This document shows positions 1-11,780 of a DNA stretch of 64,000 nt, piece after piece. The position numbers and the translations under genes were made by a program. The stretch comes from Lama glama (lineage: Eukaryota), in NCBI GenBank assembly GCA_028534125.1, contig CM052817.1:17486001-17550000 (forward strand), in the 5' to 3' direction. The stretch's first letter is position 1; each line of letters opens with the position of its first letter. The notes beneath the pieces were generated by a model. It had not been told where the DNA came from. It did no database searches and was given only the letters and a program-made list of their open reading frames with translations.

Positions 1-762
1 AAATCCCAAGAGCCTGACCGATCTTACTAGGATGTCACTCCTGCTCCAGGACCCATCACTATAGCTCAGGGGTGCTACTATCTGGTAAGTGGGTCCCGTG
101 ACCAGTAGCCCCAAAGGACACATGTAGGATCAAGGAGGCTCAGTTGCCAAAGGATAGAGGAGAACAGTTACCAGAGTAAGCGGCTAAAGGCTGCTGGCAG
201 TTTGAAAGAAATCACAGACAAAAGCTGAGTCCTGTAGGCTGCCCAGAAGTGTGTCCTGCTGCAAGGGGTTCAGGGCTGGGACAAACAGGAAGTTCTTTCC
301 CTAAAAACAGAAATGAAACTCACTTCTGTGCGTCATGGCTCAAGGGTAAACCACACTAAGAGGTGTCACCCCCAGGGGGTTGTTTGTAGGGACATGTTTT
401 GCCTTGTGGTCAGTGTAGGTTCAGTGAAGGACCCATCTTTTTTGAAAGATGGTACGCTTTTGATGAGATCATCCCCATCCCCATCCCCACCCCCAACCCC
501 AAACCATTCCATGGCTTCTGATTTCCTTCCTGCAAAGCCTGCCTCTTAACTCCACTCTAATGGGCAATGGCACCATGAGACCTAGCAAAGGCCTTGAGCT
601 TTAGGGCGGGCAGACCAGCTTGGACAGCTTCCAGCTGTGTGACCCGAGGACAAGTTACTTTGAATTTCTTACAGGGAGAGTTGGTAGTGTGTGGTGTCAT
701 TCTAGGGTCCTGGCTCCTGATGTTACCCAATCTCCATTTCTCAGCCACGTGCCCTTAAGCGT

Positions 763-930
763 ATGACTTAACTTCTCTGTGCCTCAGTTTCCTCATCCAT
801 GTATTGGGGATAATGATAAAACTTACTTCACAAGCCTGTTCAGTGGATTAACTGAGACAATGCGTGTCAGTTGCTGAGAACAGTGTGTGGCACACAGCCA
901 GCACTCAATAAATGTGAGCTATTGTTGTTA
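763..930 (+). mobile_element. MIR SINE (core + 3' tail); further MIR fragments at ~620-700, ~1010-1125 and ~1445-1575
   Basis: MIR core 'acttaacttctctgtgcctcagtttcctcatc...ggggataat' and 3' end 'tggcacacag...ctcaataaatgtgagctatt'. Confidence 0.9.
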
Positions 931-1204
931 CTGCTGTTAGCTTTGAATTCTCGGTACCTATCAGAGTACCTGGCCCAGAAGGAAATGTCTGTTTAATGAA
1001 CCAATGGACTTAAAGCTTCATAACCTCATTTTCCTAATTTATTAAAAGAGAACACTACCCATCTAACAGGTTCTTGCAATGTTTAAGTGAGATAATGTAT
1101 GTAAAGCTTCCAGCACAGTGATGGGCAATTTTTACTGGTTCCTCTTCATTTTCTTCCTTCCCCTGCGCCTGGCATTCAACGACCTCCATCATTTTATGGT
1201 TTAA

Positions 1205-1875
1205 GTCTCTTTGGACTGCAAAATGCTCAGACCCAACTTAAACTGGCTTGTACTAGTAAAGAAGCCCTGGCCCAAGAAAGAGGAAAGTCCAAAGTAAAGC
1301 TGAATCCAGGGGCTCAAATTCAGGGACTCAGGTGACAGCAGCTTGGCCTCCTTGGAGCTATTTTTTCCCCTTCAATGTTGACTTTACCTCAGGCAGATTT
1401 TCTTTATCTAGTGGTCTTCAGCAGCCCCAGATCCTCACAGGTCTCTTAACCTCAGTGTTCTCATCTGTAAACAGGGAATACTTAATAATAGATAATAACA
1501 ATTAACATCTCTATTAATATGTGTAAAGTGCTTAGAACACTGCTCAGCACACAGTGAGCTTTCAATACATATTATTCCACTGCCACTACTATCATTTAGC
1601 AGTTTTGGCGTAAAAGGAGCTTCTCCTTCCACCTCTAGAAAACTCGAAGGATTGAGTCTCATTGGGTCCCCTACTTTGAAGCAACCACCATGAGCAAAGC
1701 GTAGAATAATCTGATTGTTTAGACCCGAGTTATGTACCCAGGCCTGGAGCTGGAGACACTCTTGAAGTCAGCCTCGCTCTCACGTGGCTAAGAACTGGGG
1801 AAGCTGGTCCCCCAAGAAAAGTCAAGGTACTATTAACAGAAGGAGAAAGCAGACCCTGAGCAGGCGGGAAAAGCA
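1205..1875 (-). mobile_element. Old MaLR LTR (MLT1K/L-like), interrupted by a MIR at ~1445-1575
   Basis: 'cagacccaacttaaactggctt...gctgaatccaggggctcaaat' and 'gtactattaacagaagg' resemble the MLT1K/L reverse strand. Confidence 0.6.
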
Positions 1876-2067
1876 GGCTTTCCAGTGGTTAATGCCTTGT
1901 CCCCTGAGTTGGAACAGATGACCATCTTCCACTCCTGCCCCCAACTGTCTGTTGAAATGTTGAATGCCTGAACCTTGGGCATATGACTTACCCTCTCAAA
2001 GCCTCAGTTTTGCTACTTATAGAAAGAAATGAGATACTATTTTTTTTTACAAATGTTTGCTGTTAAG

Positions 2068-3000
2068 TTTTTTATTGTAGAAATTTTAAGCATAGTCAAA
2101 AGTAAACACAACAATAAAATGAATCCCCGAGTGCTCATCACACAGCTTCAATAATTATCAGCACATGGTCAACCTTTTTTTTTTCTTTTTAATCTCCACT
2201 TATTTCCCCCATACACTGCTTCTGGGATATTTTGAGGCAAATCCAATATATCACATCATTTCACTCATAAATGTTTCCATATGTATCTCTAAAAATAAGA
2301 AATATTTTTTTTCTTAAAAGTAACCAATATGCCATCACAGTACCTAAAAATATTAATACTGTTTCCTTAATGTCAATCAAAAGTTTGGAGTTCAAAGTTC
2401 TCTTATTGTCACCTGGATTATTTTTCACTCCATTTATTTGAATCAGAATCAAAACAAGGTCTATACATTGCATTTGGTTGGTATGCGTCTTAAGCTTTGT
2501 TTAATCTCTAGGTTCCAACAATTATCAACACAAAATCCACCTTATTCTATCTGTGTCTTCCCCTTACCCCTTGCCCACCTCTCCTTCTAGAACATTTTGA
2601 AGCAAGTTCTGGACACCAACATCATAGATTTCATTTCTAGCTATTTCAGTTGTTACCTCTAAGACTCTCACTGTCTCTTTAAAACACAGTCACAATACCA
2701 GTAGTACACCAAAATAATAATAATAATAATAATAATGATACTTTAATATCACCAGAGATTATCCAGACATTGTTCAAATTCCCTAATTGTTCACTTTTTC
2801 CAACAGTTGTTTTCCTCAAATCAGGATCCAAACAAGCCCAGTCATTTCATTTGGTTAAGGACTTGTCTGTTAAATCTCTTTTCATCTCTAGGTTGGCTTC
2901 CTCTTTTTTTTTTTTAACCTTCCACTTTACTTGTTGAAAGAACGAGGTCATTATTTCTGTAGTTTGCCCATTCAGGATTTTGCGGAGTGCATCACTGAGA
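2068..3000 (-). mobile_element. Ancient L1 3' UTR fragments (L1MC/L1ME-like), two similar units
   Basis: 'tttttattgtagaaattttaagcatagtcaaaagta...catcacacagcttcaataattatca', with 'aatcagaatcaaaacaagg...catttggtt' occurring twice in degenerate form. Confidence 0.7.
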
Positions 3001-3267
3001 TGTCACTTTCCATGGGTGGGAAGCTTAGCTGATCTGACATTACACAGCCCTGGGAGAGTATCTGACCCTGCAACTTACTTGTGGGCAACTGGTGGGAAAA
3101 TCTGTATCTTTTCCAAGCCTCAGTTTTTTCATCCTAAAAGGGGATAATGATACTCAACTCTTAAAGTTACTGGGAAGATTCATTGACTAATGCATTATTA
3201 CAAACTGGGTACAATGCCTAGTACATAGTAAGTGCTGAATTAATTTTTTTCTTAAAAATGGCTATTG

Positions 3268-3705
3268 ATGGAAGCAACCCAAGTTTCTATTGACAGATGA
3301 ATAGAGAAACAAAACATATTATAGCCATACAATTATTCAGCCCTAAAAACGAAGGAAATTTTAACTCAGGCTACATGAATGAAACTTGAAGACAGTATGC
3401 TAAGTGAAACAAGCCAGTCACCAAGGACAAATACTGTATGATTAGTCTTATTTGAGGTACCAAGAGTAGTCACACTTATGGAGACAGAAAGTAGATGATA
3501 GTTGCCAGGAGTGGGGGAGGAGAGGGGAGGGAGGAGTTAGTATTTAATGGTGCAGAGTTTCAGTTGGAGAAGATGAAAAAGTTCTGGAGATGGATAGTGG
3601 TGATGGTTGCACAATGTGAATATACTTAATGCCATTGAATTTACACTTAAAAATGGTTAAAATGGTAAATTTTGTTATGTATATTTTACCACAACTAAAA
3701 AAAAA
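3268..3705 (+). mobile_element. L1MB-type LINE-1 3' end
   Basis: 'gaagcaacccaagt...atgctaagtgaaacaagccagtcac...gatgaaaaagttctggagatggatagtggtgatggttgcacaatgtgaat...ttttaccacaact' followed by a poly(A). Confidence 0.9.
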
Positions 3706-4199
3706 GAGCAATTAAGTAATTTTGTCTAGAACCATAGCTCCAGCTGCACCCCTACCTTTCAACTCATGCCTCTTGGAGATGGCTGGCACAATTCAAATGA
3801 TCACAAAAGGCTGTGATCACAAAAGAAAATGGATGTAACTGATCTGAAATCCTGGCCTGCATCCTCAAATCCACAAATGTCCATTAGGCATGAGCTCTGA
3901 GCGAAGCCTGGCTGAGGGCGCGGTGTGGGTTCAGAGGGGAGAGGAAGATGCACAGAAGTCTGATACACAGCCGCTGGCCTCCGAGTCCCTTCTAATTCCC
4001 ATCAAATTAGGGAAATTTATGATAACAACACACAGCAGCACAAGGGTCTCCAGATGGTAAACGGCAGCTAGCAGTACGGCCTGGGCCTCCATCCCTTCTT
4101 CAGAAAATTCCAAAGGGTTGTCACCTGCCCCACCCCACCTCACATTCTTCCCCACTGCGCCACGTAGAGGCCTGGAGGTCCTGCCTCCACCACGTGGGC

Positions 4200-4550
4200 G
4201 TGAGCAGGGACAATCAGATTCTCTGAGAATTGAAACAAAGGAACAGGGAGGGAATGTCAGGGGTGACCGGATTAGACTCAGGCGGGGCTGGTCCTCTTGA
4301 AGGCACCTGAGAAAAGGAGCCCGCCAGGAGGGTAGGTCTTCAGGGAGACTCTGCAGAAGGAAGCTGGGGCTCAGAGAGGCGCCAAGGCAAGAGAAAGTGG
4401 AGAGGTGCCGAGACAAATAGATAGAGACGCTGTTCCTTCCCAGCTTCTACTTCCAGTTTCCACCCTTCAGGAGGCCCTGCGCTCCGTGCCCTGGGGCCTC
4501 TGAGATCTCTCCCCGTTCCCTCAGCCAGTGTGAGTTGAGGCCCGGGCTGG
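4200..4550 (+). mobile_element. ERVL LTR33-like fragment
   Basis: 'ttccagtttccacccttcaggaggccctgc...tgccctggggcctctgaga' resembles LTR33. Confidence 0.45.
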
Positions 4551-4703
4551 AAGCCGACTCTGAGATGGAGTTAAGTGGGCGCCGTGTTTCCTGAGGACCG
4601 CCCTCGGGATGGACACCGCGGGAAGGAAGAGAGGGAAGTGGGAGTGGGCAGAGGAGGAAGCCGAGCTGGGATATGCCCAGAGCCTCAGCCCACCCATGGG
4701 TGC

Positions 4704-5060
4704 TGGTCTGTGGGCTGCCATAACAGAGAGCAGACGGGTGGCTTAAACAACAGAAACCGTTTCTTCCCAGTTCTGGAGGCTAGAATTCCACCGAAGTGTC
4801 AGCAGAGTTGGTTTCTTCTGCAGCCTCCCTCCTTGGCTTGTAGGCGACTGCCTTCCTCCGCTGTCTTCACAGCGTCTTCCTTCTGTGTGTGTCTGTGTTA
4901 GGGCAGACATTTTTATCTCCTTTTTTATAAGGAAACCTGTTATCCTGGACCTTGGGCTCACCATAAAGGCCTCTTTAAAGACCCAGTCTCAATATTCTGA
5001 GGTCCTGAGGGTGAGGGCATCAACATATGACTGGGAGGGAAGCCAGTTGGGCCATGACAC
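4704..5060 (-). mobile_element. MLT1B-like MaLR solo LTR
   Basis: 'gggctgccataac...gggtggcttaaacaacagaaa...cagttctggaggctagaa...ttctgaggtcctgagggtgagggcatcaacatatga'. Confidence 0.85.
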
Positions 5061-5768
5061 CGTGAAAAGCTCTGAAGTTAGAATAACCCTTCAAAATTGT
5101 TCTGATTGGACCCAAATGGCCAGATCCGTATGGATAAGCATTGGATGGGGGCCTCTCTGGGAGGGGCATGACTTTGGGTGAGGCCACTCTCTGCAGCTGA
5201 GTTGGTCCCCAAGGGACCTGACATTTGAAGATGGTCTCCTGACAGTGTCCCTACAGTTGGGGCAGCAGATCCTTCCTTGAAGGATACTCTGGGCAGTGCA
5301 TCACACAGTCCACCAGTGGGTTCCATTTCTTGCTGCCAGACAAACTTTAAGACAAGGATATCATGAGGTTTAAATAAGACAATCCTGCTCAGCTCTCTGA
5401 GGGCATGGACAGCATGCTGGTCGCTGTGTCCCCCTACTGTGGTAGACACTGAACCCAACACACACATGTCATCCTCTGCTGCCTCGCCCACCTGCACCTC
5501 AGAGGCAGGAAAAACTCAAGCCTCATATTCTCAGGCTTTCTTCCAGAAAAGATATCTGCTGGGTGGGGTCCTGAGAAAGCTTGTGACAACAGGGGTAGAC
5601 GTGACTGGTGCTGCCACCCCCTGCAGATGTGACACAGGAGCCGGGGTGGCTATCTTACCTGCCGAGGGAATTGCAGAGAGGAGAGAGCATAAACTAGGGC
5701 TGACAGCTGCAGACCTCCAGACTTCTTGTTAAATGAAAAGAATAAAGTCCTTTTTATTTAAAATACCA

Positions 5769-6209
5769 TGTAGTGAGATGAACAGTGTCCACCCTAAAGA
5801 TAAACCCCTGCCCTAGAACCTCTGAATGTAACATTTGGAAAAGAGGTCTTTGCAGATGTAATTAATTAAGGATCTTGGGATAAGATCATTCTGGATTAAG
5901 GTGGGACCTAAATCCAAGGGCAAGTGTCCCTATGAGAGAAGGAAAGAAAACATAGGGAGGAGGTGACAAGAAGATGGAAGTGGAGATTGGAGCGACCCAT
6001 CCACAGGCCAAACAATGCCAGCAATGCTCAGCAGCTCCCACCAGGAGCTCGGAGGGAGGCAGGAGATGGATTCTCCCTCAGAGCCTCCAGGAGGAACCAA
6101 CTCTGTGGACACATTGATTTCAGCCTTCTGGTCTCCAGAACCGTGAAGGAATACATTTCTGCTGTTTTCAGTCACCGGGTTTGTCATGGTAGTCACAGGA
6201 GACTAATGC
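5769..6209 (+). mobile_element. MLT1C-like MaLR solo LTR inserted in an older LTR (~5420-5765)
   Basis: 'tgtagtgagatgaacagtgtcc...ggtctttgcagatgtaattaa...gattctccctcagagcctccaggaggaaccaac...caggagactaat'. Confidence 0.85.
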
Positions 6210-6238
6210 GCATTGTTAAATTGTTTTCTATTTGCAGT

Positions 6239-6580
6239 CTGTCTTAGTCCATTCAGGCTGCTGTGATAAAACTATCTGAGACTGAGTGGCTCACATGCAA
6301 CAGAAACCCATTTCTTAGTTCGGAGGATGGGACTCCAAGCTCAAGGTGCCAGCTCAGTCAAGTTCTGGCGAAGGCCTGCTTGGTTGCAGGTTAACTGCTC
6401 GTTATAACCTCACATGGTGGAGGAAGTGAGGGAGCTCGGTGGGGTCCTATTCGTGAGAGCTCCGCCCTCATGACTTAAGCACCTCCCAAAGGCCCCACCC
6501 CCTAATACCATCACATTGGGTCTTAGAATTTCAACATGTGAACTCAAGGGGGCTGTAGAGGACACGGATATCATTCCACA
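6239..6580 (-). mobile_element. MLT1A-like MaLR solo LTR
   Basis: 'tgtcttagtccattcaggctgctg...ccctcatgacttaagcacctcccaaaggccccaccccctaataccatcacattggg'. Confidence 0.85.
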
Positions 6581-7192
6581 TGCAGCGTTTGGCCTTCTCC
6601 CTGGAGGTAATAGTTGTCATTGAAGAGTCTCAATCCAGGAGGATCAGAATAGAAATGGTGCTTTAAAAAAATGGATCTGCTGTTGTTAACACTGACTCCA
6701 GACCTGTTGGGACACAATGCATAGATAAATGGTCTCCATCCATCCCTGGAAGTGACAGCAATTGTCCAAATGAACCACTCTACACTGGCTGAGGCACAGA
6801 TTAGTGCAAATCTCCCAGTTGGAGAGGTCTCAAGACTTGTAATTACAAAATGCAGTCATTTAACAGTGGTACAGTGGGGCATTCCAGTAATCCCTCAGAG
6901 ACATCGCATAAAGCTGCCAATTACGTGGCCTCTCGCCAAGACCTTGGTCCTGTGAGCCTGCTTCTCCCACTCATCAACCCTGCCCTTTGGCAAAGATTCC
7001 CAGTGTCCCTTGGATGTTTCCAGACCTGGAGTCACTTCTCACATGCTCTTGGCTCTGACTCCATCTCAGGTTCTGCCTGTGGCCCTTTGACAACCGATTC
7101 TGGCCCTTCTCACCCAAGTATTAGGCACATAGAATCAATCCAGCCATAAGTAAAAAGTGACTTTCCACTTCATGCATCGAGCTTCCTGATAC

Positions 7193-8445
7193 TGCTACTA
7201 AACAAAAGTTTATGTGCCTGACGCACAGTGAGGCTGTCGCCGATAGATGCAACAGGTGTTCCAGGTTCTTGTCCCGTCCCAGAAAGAATTCAGAGAAAAG
7301 AGACTTAGAGGTTAAAAAAAGGTAAAGTGAGAATTTATTAAAGGATGGATAGTACACTCTCAGGGGAGAGCGGGCAGGCTCAGGTGAGCAGCTGCCCTGA
7401 GTTTCTTTGGCAAGTTAGTTACATAGGGTGTAAAAATGAATGGGCGGAATATTCATTGGGGAGGGAAGGGTTTGGGGTCGTATTCCCTGATTATCATCCC
7501 AACTCCACCTTCCCGAAGGGAGGAGGGATTTTTGTCCTTATTTAGTCTGGATTGGAAGTGTCATGGCGTTGGTGCATGACGGGTACTTCTGATCTGCAAG
7601 GCTAATTTTATTGAAATGAGGGCATAATGAGCAAAAGGTTACATTTGGACACTAGAAATTCCTGCCTTTTCTCACCTTTCTTTGTTCTTCTCCAGGCCAC
7701 TTGTCATCCTAAAAGGCATGATCCCTTATCAGCCCCAAGGTTCCTGCCTTTCTTTCTCTGCCCAAGGAGCCCTGCTGCTCACATGATGTGTGGTTTCCTG
7801 CATTTGGCCTGTGCCCCTCCTTTCTGCCCAGTTCCTGCCATTTGGTCTGTGTCCCCCTTTCTCTGCTCATATCTAGCTATCTGCCTGCTCTAACAAGGCC
7901 AGACAACCCAAAACTTCAGAGTCTGGAGCAGAGAATGATTTACTGCCGGGCCAAACAATGAGGACATGTGGCTCATGTTCTAAAAACCTGAACTCCCTGA
8001 CAGTTGGGGGGGAAAAGTTTTTATAGGCAAAATTTGGGGTGAGGGCAGCAGGGTGTATGAGTTTCTTCCAGGTGGTTGGTGGTGAGGTGACAGGATGATG
8101 TTCCAGGAATCTTGTGCTCAGGCTGAATTTGTCCTCCTCCATGTGGGTGGGGACCTCAATTCCAGCAGAAGAACTCAAAGATATTGTTACGTATATTCCT
8201 TGAGGAGGAGCCAGGACCCTGCCTGACGGCTGCACTATTGTCTCCCTGCTGTTCCTCCCTTGTCTCTGTATTCCCTCCTTTCTCTGATTAGCAACTATTT
8301 GAATCTGCCCTTTGGAACTCAAGGAAGGTCAAGGAAGCTGAATGAAGCCTATTTTTTTTTTTTTAACAAAAAGGAAGGGTAGGGGGTGGTGGTTACAGAA
8401 AGGATTTGAAGCAGGGAGGGCCCCACAGGGTCCTGCTCTGTTTCA
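7193..8445 (-). mobile_element. ERV1-class solo LTR (outer), split by a younger LTR at 7235-7895
   Basis: Starts 'tgctactaaac...gtgcctgacgcacagtgaggc', resumes 'cagacaacccaaaacttcagagtctggagcagagaa', and ends 'ggtcctgctctgtttca'. Confidence 0.75.
7235..7895 (-). mobile_element. ERV1 (MER41-related) solo LTR, 661 bp, with 4-bp TSD AGGC
   Basis: TG...CA termini (tgtcgcc...ctaaca). AGGC occurs at 7231-7234 and 7896-7899. A minus-strand AATAAA ('tttatt') lies at ~7334, and 'ggttcttg...agaaagaattcag' resembles MER41-class LTRs. Confidence 0.85.
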
Positions 8446-8735
8446 GTGGTTCTTCTCCGAATTGTTCACATCCCACCAGGCAGTCCCCGGTTAGGAGCCC
8501 CACTCATAAGCCCTAGCTCTGGGCTCTGATGGCATCACTCTTCCCCTTGTTCTGCCAGCTCTGGGGGTGGGGGTGGGGGTGGTTTCCTGTGGTGGGTAAT
8601 CTCATCATCGTACTACTCTTCTCTTCTCTTTTCTCCCATCTTTGGTCTAACCAATCCCCTATATTAAATTCTCTCTGTTCGAAAGACCTAGAGTGGTTTC
8701 TGATTTTCTTGCTAGATCCTAGCTATTAAACAATT
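8446..8735 (+). mobile_element. ERVL LTR40/41-like 3' portion
   Basis: 'aatcccctatattaaattctctctgttcgaaagacctagagtggtttctgattttcttgctagatcc'. Confidence 0.55.
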
Positions 8736-8900
8736 TATGTGAATTTAAAATATATGTATGCTCTGGTGGAAGGACTGGCCTGTGAATCAAGATGTCTGGG
8801 ATGGAAGCCGAGTTCTGCCCCCAACGCAATGTGAAATTTTCTTTGTCTATTTTCCTTGGGCTTTGGGTTTCTAACTCACACTGTTAGTGCTGAAGTAGGG

Positions 8901-9025
8901 GTGTGTGTGTGTGTGTGTGTGTATGTGTGTTTAAAGTACACTCCTATACAAATGCATGTATATATATGTGTATATATATGAATGTGTATATATATATATA
9001 CACATTCATATGTGTATATATGTCT
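8901..9025. repeat. (TG)n/(TA)n compound microsatellite
   Basis: gtgtgtgt... and tatatata... runs seen directly. Confidence 0.95.
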
Positions 9026-9240
9026 AAGAATATGTATTTTTTTCCCATGGATAATATTCAAGGATATCTATGAAACATATAGCAGGTGCCCTTGGAGTGG
9101 AGAAGGAGGATTAAAAAAAGGTAAACAGATAAACAGTAAGTCCTGGTACTAACTAAGAATGTTAACATGACATAACTGCTATCTGAACACAAGGTCTAAA
9201 ACAATTAATTTTGTGTGTGTGTATATATATATATATATAT

Positions 9241-9625
9241 AAGTATAGTCAGTTCACAATGTTGTGTCAATTTCTGGTGTACAGCACAATGCTTCAGTCA
9301 TAGATGAACATACAGATATTCATCTTCATGTTCTTTTTCACCATAAGTTACTGTAACACATTGAATATAATTCTCTGTGCCACACAGCATAAACTTGCTT
9401 ATCTAATATATAAATGTGTATATGTGTGTGTATATATAGATACATAGATATCAGTTAGTATCTGCAGATCTCCAACTCCCAATCCACTCCCTTCCACCCC
9501 TCTCCACCCCTGGCAACCACAAGTTTGTTCTCTATGTCTGAGAGTCTGTTTCCCCTTTGCAAATGTTCATTTGTCTTTTTTTTTTTTTTTAGATTCCGCA
9601 TATAAGTGATATCATATGGTATTGT
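9241..9625 (-). mobile_element. Camelid-type young L1 3' end
   Basis: 'aagtatagtcagttcacaatgttgtgtcaatttctggtgtacagcacaatg...tagattccgcatataagtgatatcatatggtatt'; same family as the copies at 14.3, 22.3, 26.5, 37.9, 40.3, 56.4 and 57.6 kb. Confidence 0.9.
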
Positions 9626-9759
9626 CATATGACTAGCCCTCTGCCTGACGCCTCATTGTCTTCTCCCAGTGCCTTTGCTCCCTGGGGAAGCCTCTCAGGA
9701 CCGTCCTTTCTAGACTCTGAACTCCTATAGCACTGTCATGAATATCTGATTCTTTTTTT

Positions 9760-10220
9760 TTTTTTTCTGCCCCACATTTTTTTCCTTTTGGGGACTTTCC
9801 TTCGTCCCGGAACTCTGGGATTCTGATGGGCTGTCAATCAAGGGCCAGGACTTGGCCACACATGAATGAACATAAAACTCATGGGACACAGGGACTAACC
9901 CAGGGGTGGACCAGGGACCAGAATGGGCTTGGGAGAGGAAGGATCTCCCTTCTTTCTGAAAGACCTTGGCTGGAGCTAGAAGGCATGCCCTTTTCTATAA
10001 CATGGAAAAACAGTGGCAGAGAATGAGGCCACACGGAAGGAAACAAAGCTGAGAACTGCCCAGAGAGTGTCCTGATTATACCACAAGAGTGCTCTGGATT
10101 CGGCCATGCCCGAAGCCAATGACCAAAGGAGTCTAGTGCTTGAGCCAGTAAATCTCCCTTTTGCTGAAACTACATTGAATTTGGGTTCCCGTCGCTTAAA
10201 CCAAGGGTCTTGAACAACTC
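9760..10220 (+). mobile_element. MLT1K/L-like MaLR LTR
   Basis: 'gagaatgaggccacac...ctggattcggccatgcccgaagcca...tgagccagtaaatctcccttttgct...tgggttcccgtcgctt'. Confidence 0.7.
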
Positions 10221-11249
10221 AGCCTCTAATTTTCAGGACGACTCATTTGGCACATAGCGCATGACAACCAGTGGAGCTGGTTCCTCTGAATGTCCCACCT
10301 CTTCCACAGCAAGCTTGGACTCATGTCTGTGTCAGGGCAATCAGGCCAGGCTCCTGGTTTCTTTCAGCATAAGCCTCTCTCTTTGGCACTTTTTTCTTTC
10401 CATACTATTGATCAGGCTTTCATGGTAAGATAATTTAGAGACACAGAAAACTGCTTAAGGTAGCTTATGCCGAATTTCCAGTGCTGGCTGGCTTTGCCTG
10501 GAGCCTCTCCCTGTATTGATATATACATGTCAGCACTCTCTCCTTCCTCACCTCTCCATCTCGATGACAGGTGTGCGCAGCCTCACCACCCCATTCCCCA
10601 AATGCCTCCATCTCAGCCTGACATCTCACTTGAAGACAGTTCTTCCAGGCTCAGGAGTCCTGCTGAAAAAGCTCTCTGTGAGGCCTCAGGGACCCCCAGA
10701 TTTAAGACACCACTGGAGCTAGAGGTGTTACTTCTCATCTGCTATCACAGCTCAAGGGCCTGGGGAGCAGGGGTCTCCATTTTATTTCATCACCCCTTTT
10801 ATCATGCAATCACTCACTCCAGAGCCTGCCATGGTTCCCTAGTGCTACCCATATGTTAACTAACTTTTGCCAGAAACTGCCCTGCTTAGGCTAACTTTCT
10901 TCCTGCACATACTCTCTCTACACCCCAAGGCTGGTGGGCTGACCCACTCCCTGCCTCATAAAAATGCCAAACTCATTCTCTTCTCACAGCTTCTGTACTT
11001 GATGCTCTTCCTGTCTAGAATAACTTTCTTTCTTCTTCCTGCCACCCTCAGTCCCATAGAGCCCACTTTAAGTTCCACCTCTTCCACGCAGCCCTCCCAT
11101 GATTCTTTCTGAGTCTCCTAATGGGCTCCTGGCTGGATGACATGCTTCCTAATGGTAAGGACCATCACTTAGCCATCTTTTATTTCCCTTCCTCCCTCTC
11201 GGCATCTGGCAGGACTAGGTGTAGTTTGGAGACAGTTTCTTATGTTTAC

Positions 11250-11410
11250 TTGATCTAAGCATCACTTTGGGGATTTGTTTTAGAAATACAAGTGCCCTGA
11301 CTTGTCTGCTGGAGATTCTGACTTCATAGATTTGGGGTAAGATGCTGGGACCTGTATTTTCAAAAGCACCAGGATACAGGCTTTTGTTGAGGCAGGTTTG
11401 GAAAACAAGG
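11250..11410. mobile_element. MER5-type hAT-Charlie MITE (others at ~13985-14130, ~15580-15750 and ~63920-64000)
   Basis: 'gcatcactttggggatttgttttagaaatac...ggagattctgacttcatagatttgggg...acctgtattttcaaaagcacc'. Confidence 0.7.
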
Positions 11411-11589
11411 AGTTAGAGGGATCACATTGCCAAAACACAGATCAAGACATAGCTGACAAGTTCAAGTGTTTTTATGAGAACAAAGCACAGGATACTTGAA
11501 ATGTATGTGGGCCCAGAAATTCCAGGGTGTGAGTTTCTCCCACACGTGGTGATGTCGCCCCATTTTGGGGCTGAGAGAATGGGCTTGGG

Positions 11590-11780
11590 GTCTGCCAAGG
11601 GTTTGAATCTTGCCTCAGCCACTCATAATGGGACTTTGGACAATATATTTAACCTCTCTGAACCTCATCTTTTAATTGAAAATAACAATAGGAACCACTT
11701 CCCAAGATTTCTGTGAGAATTAAAGGTCTTACACACAAAGCCCTCAGGTCCATGCTTGGCACAGAGTAAATATTTGTTAC
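11590..11780 (+). mobile_element. MIR SINE
   Basis: 'gggtttgaatcttgcctcagccact...ggacaatatatttaacctctctgaacctc...ggcacagagtaaat'. Confidence 0.8.
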
